Shown here in pieces: positions 59,082 to 64,000 of a stretch of DNA of 64,000 bases; position 1 is the first letter of the stretch; every line of letters starts with the position of its first letter. The position numbers and the translations under genes were made by a program. The notes under the pieces were generated by a model. It was not told the DNA's origin. It did no database searches and saw nothing but the letters and a program-made list of their open reading frames with translations. Where the stretch lies: assembly GCA_037441705.1 (NCBI GenBank), contig JBBIRR010000001.1:32001-96000 (forward strand), in the 5' to 3' direction. Origin of the DNA: Ignavibacteriales bacterium. Lineage in GTDB: Bacteria > Bacteroidota > Ignavibacteria > UBA10030 > UBA6906.

Positions 59082-59184
59082 CCGAGCATGCACATGGTTG
59101 ATCACCCAAATCACGAAGGAACACGCCGTTGGCAGGAAGGGCACACGTGCCCATGTTGGCTACTATCGGACAGGTGGCGGAAGT

Positions 59185-59760
59185 TCAACCGCGATGCGCT
59201 TTCCGAAGCTGTTCAAGCTGCGGCACCATGTGCTTTTGATAACACTCGGGGCAGATTCCGTGCGAGAAGTTCGCTTCCGTCCGATGGGAGATGTACGTCT
59301 CCATGTGCTGCCACTGGTTCTCATCGTCTTTGATCTTCTTGCAATATGCACAGATCGGAAGCAATCCCTCCAGTTGTTTCACCTCATCCTGCAGCGCCAG
59401 AATGCGTTCGGCAACGCGGATGCGCGCTGCAAGCGTCTCGCGGTCGAACGGTTTGGTGATAAAATCATCTGCTCCTGCTTCCATCCCCTCCAGATATTTT
59501 TCTTTTCCTTCAAGGGACGTGAGAAGAATAACGTAGGTGTATTTCGCTCGCTGCTCGCTCCGCACGCGACGGCACAGCTCCACGCCGGTCATGTTCGGCA
59601 TCACCCAATCAGAGATGATGAGCCGGACATGATGCAGGCAATACGTTCTCCATGCCTCAAGCCCGTCATGGGTCTCGATGACCTCGTGACCAAATGAGCG
59701 CAGGGCGGCTGAAAGCACCTTTCGGGATACGGTATCGTCGTCAGCAGTTAGAATCTTCAT
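59185..59760 (-). CDS. Response regulator with C-terminal Cys/His-rich domain
   Basis: [25 protein letters not shown], then [24 protein letters not shown]. Confidence 0.9.
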   Translation of the reverse strand: MKILTADDDTVSRKVLSAALRSFGHEVIETHDGLEAWRTYCLHHVRLIISDWVMPNMTGVELCRRVRSEQRAKYTYVILLTSLEGKEKYLEGMEAGADDFITKPFDRETLAARIRVAERILALQDEVKQLEGLLPICAYCKKIKDDENQWQHMETYISHRTEANFSHGICPECYQKHMVPQLEQLRKAHRG

Positions 59761-61993
59761 GATCGAGCTGTGATGTAATGTGTTGAGATAGTGTAGCGAA
59801 TGCTTGCTGAACTCTTGAGACTTCGTTTTCAATGCTTGTCACCAGGTCGCCGGCGCCCGCGAGGTTGTTGCTCTTCGCAGCGAGTTCGAGACTCTGGCAG
59901 TAGGCGGCAAGCTGGGCCGCGCCGATGTTGCGACTTCCGCCCTTCATTGTGTGGGCCACCATTTGCACCGAGCGCGCATCGCCCGCGTCGATTGCCCGAC
60001 GCAAAGCGGCAAGCTGCACCGGCACATCGTTCCGGAACACATGCACCAGCTCCAGCACAAGCGATTCTCCTCCCAGCTCGTTCAGCTCCTGCAAGCGCGC
60101 CTCATCGAGAACCCCGGCGAGGGCCGCCATCAACGGAGGGGTATGCGCCGGCTTCGCTTCGTGACCGGAAGGCTCTTGTTCATCGGACACAGACTCAACC
60201 CAATGCATGATCGTGTTGAAGAGAACGTCGGCTTTGATCGGCTTGGTGACGTAAGCGTCCATACCACAAGCAAAGCAACGATCACGCTCGCTCTGCAACA
60301 CGCTCGCTGTCATCGCCACAATCGGGACATGACTGCCCTTGTGTTCTCGTTGCCGAATGGCTTGCGTTGCCTCGAAGCCGTCCATTTCCGGCATCATGCA
60401 GTCCATCAGAATGATGTCGTAGCGCTTGCGCGATACGGCCTCCAGGGCTTCGCGTCCGTTGTGCGCGATATCCGGAGTGCAGCCAAATTTCTCCAGCATG
60501 CGGACGGCAACTTTCTCGTTCACGGCATTGTCCTCGACGAGCAACACACGCAGCCCGGCCGGAAGTCGTTGTACCAGCCGCGGTTGCTCAAGGGACTCAA
60601 CACCCTGCACAACAGAAGAGGCGGAAGGATCCGGTTCGAGCACGACGCTGAACCAGAACGTGCTGCCCTTACCGGACACGCTATGCACGCCGATCGTCCC
60701 CCCCATCAACTCGGCAAGCTGTTTGCAGATGGCAAGCCCGAGGCCGGTGCCGCCATATTTGCGCGTCGTGGACCCATCCGCCTGGACGAAAGGTTGGAAC
60801 AATGTTCGCTGAACCTCTTCTGGAATACCGATGCCCGTATCGGTGACGGAGAATTGTAGCATGATGTTCTTTCCCGCAGTGGAGACGCGTGAAACGCGCA
60901 CAATGATCTCGCCCTTCTCGGTAAACTTCACGGCGTTGCTCACAAGATTGGTGATGATCTGTCGCAGGCGAATCGGGTCGCCGCGTACCATCCTCGGCAC
61001 ATCGGAGTGTACGACAGCAGCAATCTCGATCCCTTTTGCACGGGCTTTCTGCGTAAACAAGCCGATGGTGCCGTCCAGAACGTGACGCAGGTCGAATGTT
61101 ACCGTCTCTAACGTGAGTTTGTTCGCTTCGATTTTGGAAAAATCCAGGATGTCATTGATGATGGCGAGCAGTGTCTCGCCGCTGGCGTGGATGGTCTCGA
61201 CATAGTCGCGCTGCACCGGATCGAGCCTGGTATCCAGCAACAGTTCGGTCAAGCCCAACACACCGTTCATGGGCGTCCGAATCTCATGACTCATGTTGGC
61301 AAGGAACTGACTTTTTGCTTCGCTCGCTGCCTGCAGCTTGTGCATCGTGTTCTGCAATTCCTTCGTCCGCTCCTGCACGGTTTCTTCGAGCGCGCGATTC
61401 TGCTGATTGATGGTCGAATAGAGCATGGCGTTTTCCAGAGCGCTGGCCGTAATAAACAGCAGAATGGAGAGCAAACTCAGCGTGCCATCGGCAAGCTGGC
61501 CCTGTTCTGCATCCAGCACGCCGACGAACATGCCGAGGACGCGTTCGCGGGTCGCTATGGCATGCAGGGTTACAAGAACTCCGGGCGTACGCGACTCGAC
61601 GATGAGGGGCCGGTTGTGGTTCAATGCCCACGCAAACATCCGCTGCTCGGTTTGATAGGCTACCTCCTGACGGATGACATCCTCATGCTCGGGCGGAAAG
61701 CACTCCGTCAGCACAAATTCATGCGTCGCATCATCGACCATACAGTACGCTACGGTGCGAAACGTGACGAGGCGGAGAACGTGGTCCCTGGCTGCCGTCA
61801 GGATATTCCTTCGATTCCACTCGGTTCGAGACGACGTGTAGAGATCGCTCATGGACGCGACGATATCCAGCGCGTCAAGGTTCATCCGGTTGATTTCCTC
61901 GAGGTACCGGATGCGCGTCTCCAGGTGCTCGATCTGCCGAACGATTTCGGGCGGAAGAGGCCCGTTTGGCCTCGGTAGTGATAGATGCTCCAT
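59741..61993 (-). CDS. Cytoplasmic hybrid histidine kinase (GAF-like, HisKA, HATPase, REC, HPt)
   Basis: [46 protein letters not shown], HPt AHTMKGGS. Confidence 0.94.
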   Translation of the reverse strand: MEHLSLPRPNGPLPPEIVRQIEHLETRIRYLEEINRMNLDALDIVASMSDLYTSSRTEWNRRNILTAARDHVLRLVTFRTVAYCMVDDATHEFVLTECFPPEHEDVIRQEVAYQTEQRMFAWALNHNRPLIVESRTPGVLVTLHAIATRERVLGMFVGVLDAEQGQLADGTLSLLSILLFITASALENAMLYSTINQQNRALEETVQERTKELQNTMHKLQAASEAKSQFLANMSHEIRTPMNGVLGLTELLLDTRLDPVQRDYVETIHASGETLLAIINDILDFSKIEANKLTLETVTFDLRHVLDGTIGLFTQKARAKGIEIAAVVHSDVPRMVRGDPIRLRQIITNLVSNAVKFTEKGEIIVRVSRVSTAGKNIMLQFSVTDTGIGIPEEVQRTLFQPFVQADGSTTRKYGGTGLGLAICKQLAELMGGTIGVHSVSGKGSTFWFSVVLEPDPSASSVVQGVESLEQPRLVQRLPAGLRVLLVEDNAVNEKVAVRMLEKFGCTPDIAHNGREALEAVSRKRYDIILMDCMMPEMDGFEATQAIRQREHKGSHVPIVAMTASVLQSERDRCFACGMDAYVTKPIKADVLFNTIMHWVESVSDEQEPSGHEAKPAHTPPLMAALAGVLDEARLQELNELGGESLVLELVHVFRNDVPVQLAALRRAIDAGDARSVQMVAHTMKGGSRNIGAAQLAAYCQSLELAAKSNNLAGAGDLVTSIENEVSRVQQAFATLSQHITSQLDHEDSNC

Positions 61994-62004
61994 TGCGAAT
62001 TCTC

Positions 62005-62847
62005 TTACAGAATCAGTTTCACCGCATCGGCAAACTGCCGGTCAATCTGCTCCATCGTTGGCGCGAGGATGCTGATGGAGAAACCCAAACGCTCCCACGC
62101 ATCCGGATGCAACGCCGGTACAAACTGTTCCCCGCTGCTGCCAAGACCCATGCTGTGCGCGATAATGTCCGCAACATGAACGATTGCGGTTTCGATGGGA
62201 AAGCGTGTTGCCTGCGACGGGCGATGGTGAAACGCAACCACCTCTTCCTGGTGCACAGGCAGTCGCCAGGCCTGCATCAGCGCGCGACCAACGGCGGCAT
62301 GATCAAAACCAATGGACTGTTCTTCTGCGACGTGGAGCAATTCGTTGTTTTTCCTCGCCCGTAGCAATGCCGTACGGGAAAGGTCGGGAATCTTCACATA
62401 CATCACGAGGCGCCCGATGTCGTGAAGAATACCGGACACGAAGAACCGTTCAACATTCGGCTCTCGACGAACTGCCGCCATTGCGCGCGCAGCGATCCCC
62501 ACGCCGATGCTGTGCTTCCAGAATCTCTCCATATCCACCAGATCGTCAGGAATTCCGGAGAAGACTTTCATAACGGAAGTCGCGAGCGCCAGGTCCCGCA
62601 ATTGCTGCGTTCCAACGATTGCTATTGCCTGTGTGATCGAGTCAATCCTTTGGGGAAAGCTGAAGAAGGCGCTGTTCACGACCATCAGAAGGCGTGCGGT
62701 GAGGCCGGCATCCTCGCTGATGATCCTGGCGATGTCCTGCATGGACGAGCGGGGATTGTTGACTGCTTCATTGACGCGCGCAAAGATGGTGGGTAGCGAG
62801 GCAACCTCTACGTAACCCTTGAGCAGATCATGCGGACCGGTTATCAC
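62005..62847 (-). CDS. HDOD domain protein
   Basis: [42 protein letters not shown]; GTG start overlaps the upstream stop. Confidence 0.9.
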   Translation of the reverse strand: MITGPHDLLKGYVEVASLPTIFARVNEAVNNPRSSMQDIARIISEDAGLTARLLMVVNSAFFSFPQRIDSITQAIAIVGTQQLRDLALATSVMKVFSGIPDDLVDMERFWKHSIGVGIAARAMAAVRREPNVERFFVSGILHDIGRLVMYVKIPDLSRTALLRARKNNELLHVAEEQSIGFDHAAVGRALMQAWRLPVHQEEVVAFHHRPSQATRFPIETAIVHVADIIAHSMGLGSSGEQFVPALHPDAWERLGFSISILAPTMEQIDRQFADAVKLIL

Positions 62848-63191
62848 AACTCCATCCCTTTCATGGTCTGCTGCACGGCCCGAACCACACACAGGCGCAA
62901 GAGTTCTTGACTGAAGGGATGTTGAAGATCGCAGTGTCGAAACAGGCTGCGATAGGATGCCTCTGCGTGCGCGAGCAGTTCTTGATCCAACTCCATACAC
63001 TCCTGTGCATTGATCTCTTCTCGATCAACGCCCTGAACATCGGCTTCCGGAACACCCCACTGACGGAGCACCGTCAAGTGTCGCTCCGTCAATTCCAGAC
63101 CGGCTTTGAGCAGGACACGGCGATTGCGGTCGAGAATGTCCGCCGCCAGCACCATGCCGGGCCGCAATTGATCCAAATTGAGTTTTCCCAT
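62844..63191 (-). CDS. Small hypothetical protein (stand-alone LxxGMxLAxD domain usually attached to HD-GYP proteins)
   Basis: MGKLNLDQLRPGMVLAADILDRNRRVLLKAGLELTERHLTVLRQWGV..; GTGA coupling to the HDOD gene. Confidence 0.75.
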   Translation of the reverse strand: MGKLNLDQLRPGMVLAADILDRNRRVLLKAGLELTERHLTVLRQWGVPEADVQGVDREEINAQECMELDQELLAHAEASYRSLFRHCDLQHPFSQELLRLCVVRAVQQTMKGMEL

Positions 63192-63208
63192 AGGACCTTG
63201 CAAATCAT

Positions 63209-63433
63209 TTAGTCGGCATTGCGCTGAAAGCGTCTTGCTTCGACCGTCAGAGATGTTCCGCACGTGGGGATAACATGCGTGAAGACCAGTACCCCGTCGG
63301 CTGGAAGGCCAACGAGGACTTGCTGCGTTCTCCATTGGTAGCCCTCCAAGCGAAGGTCGCGGTCGGCAAGAAAATCGTCCTTCGACTTCCACTGCATGCC
63401 GCAGAGTGAACATTGTTTGAATGATTCGTTCAT
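63209..63433 (-). CDS. Small putative Zn-binding protein
   Basis: 74 aa, CSLC...HVIPTC; AGGAG SD upstream; follows a sigma54 site. Confidence 0.7.
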   Translation of the reverse strand: MNESFKQCSLCGMQWKSKDDFLADRDLRLEGYQWRTQQVLVGLPADGVLVFTHVIPTCGTSLTVEARRFQRNAD

Positions 63434-63481
63434 AACCGGTCACTCCTGCTCAGCCGATGACTGTCTCACGATGCCGCTAAG

Positions 63482-63497
63482 GGCAAAGCATGTGCCA
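63482..63497 (-). promoter_or_regulatory. Sigma54 (-24/-12) promoter
   Basis: Minus strand TGGCAC-ATGCT-TTGCC, ~50 nt upstream of the 63433 start. Confidence 0.8.
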
Positions 63498-63642
63498 CGA
63501 CTTACGCGATGCGAGATGCAAGCAGATGGGTATCTGTGCGAGAACGAAGGGACTGCTTCCGGAGAGGAATGTTCCCCGGAAGAGCGTGCTGGTTACTATT
63601 GTTCAGATGGTCAGAAAGGATGGAACAGAGATGGGCGCAGGC

Positions 63643-64000
63643 TCAATTCGCTGCAAGCACATCGCGTACAGTCTGCACGAACTCCGAAGGGCGAAACGGT
63701 TTTTGGAGTGCCCGCAGAGATTCCTGTTCGAGCAAAGCACCGATAATCTCCCCGGGAGTGTACGCCGTGCAGAAGAATGCTTTGACCGTAGGTTTGATCT
63801 TTTTCATCTCAAGATATGTCTGGCCCCCATCAAGTTTCGGCATCAGGAGGTCAAGGACGACGAGGGCGATCTCGTCATGGTGGCGGCGAAAAAGCTCAAC
63901 GGCCTCCAGCCCATCGCCCGCCACCATCACGCGATATCCGTTCTCCTCCAGCAATTCTTTCCCCAACTCCTGCATCAACGATTCATCATCAACGAGCAAA
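63643..64000 (-). CDS. Receiver domain (5'-truncated; likely C-terminus of a hybrid kinase or a response regulator)
   Basis: LVDDE..VLDLLMPKLDG..TAY..QKPF; frame open at the right edge. Confidence 0.85.
   Translation of the reverse strand, partial: LLVDDESLMQELGKELLEENGYRVMVAGDGLEAVELFRRHHDEIALVVLDLLMPKLDGGQTYLEMKKIKPTVKAFFCTAYTPGEIIGALLEQESLRALQKPFRPSEFVQTVRDVLAAN

Overview
GC-rich bacterial chromosome window, most likely from an Ignavibacteria-like member of the FCB/Bacteroidota group. This is inferred from the DUF3078-type porin, the Nif3/Zn-ribbon/rnpB gene order, canonical TTGxxx-17-TAxxxT promoters and the presence of flagella. Positions 1-21 kb hold housekeeping genes: a GT4 glycosyltransferase, Xaa-Pro peptidase, guaB, acyl-CoA dehydrogenase, an NtrC-type activator with receivers, Nif3, a Zn-ribbon protein, an expanded RNase P RNA, recJ, yebC, ruvCAB, an acylating aldehyde dehydrogenase with a microcompartment-like tail, an OmpA with Ca-binding repeats, mscL and mpg. 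Positions 21-59 kb form one minus-strand flagellar supercluster (flgB to flgL, two MotAB pairs, fliW-csrA) that starts at a perfect sigma54 promoter and lacks fliC, fliD, fliS, flgM and che genes in this window. Positions 59-64 kb hold a sigma54-driven signalling operon. Most notable leads: a structured RNA element between the TIGR02530-type gene and flgE; a stand-alone degenerate sigma-region-4 protein beside fliA; a repeated HDOD + GAF-kinase gene pair; a small domain shared by genes at both ends of the cluster; and a promoter/terminator-bounded ~135-nt candidate sRNA or attenuator. No CRISPR array, tRNA, rRNA or mobile element was seen.
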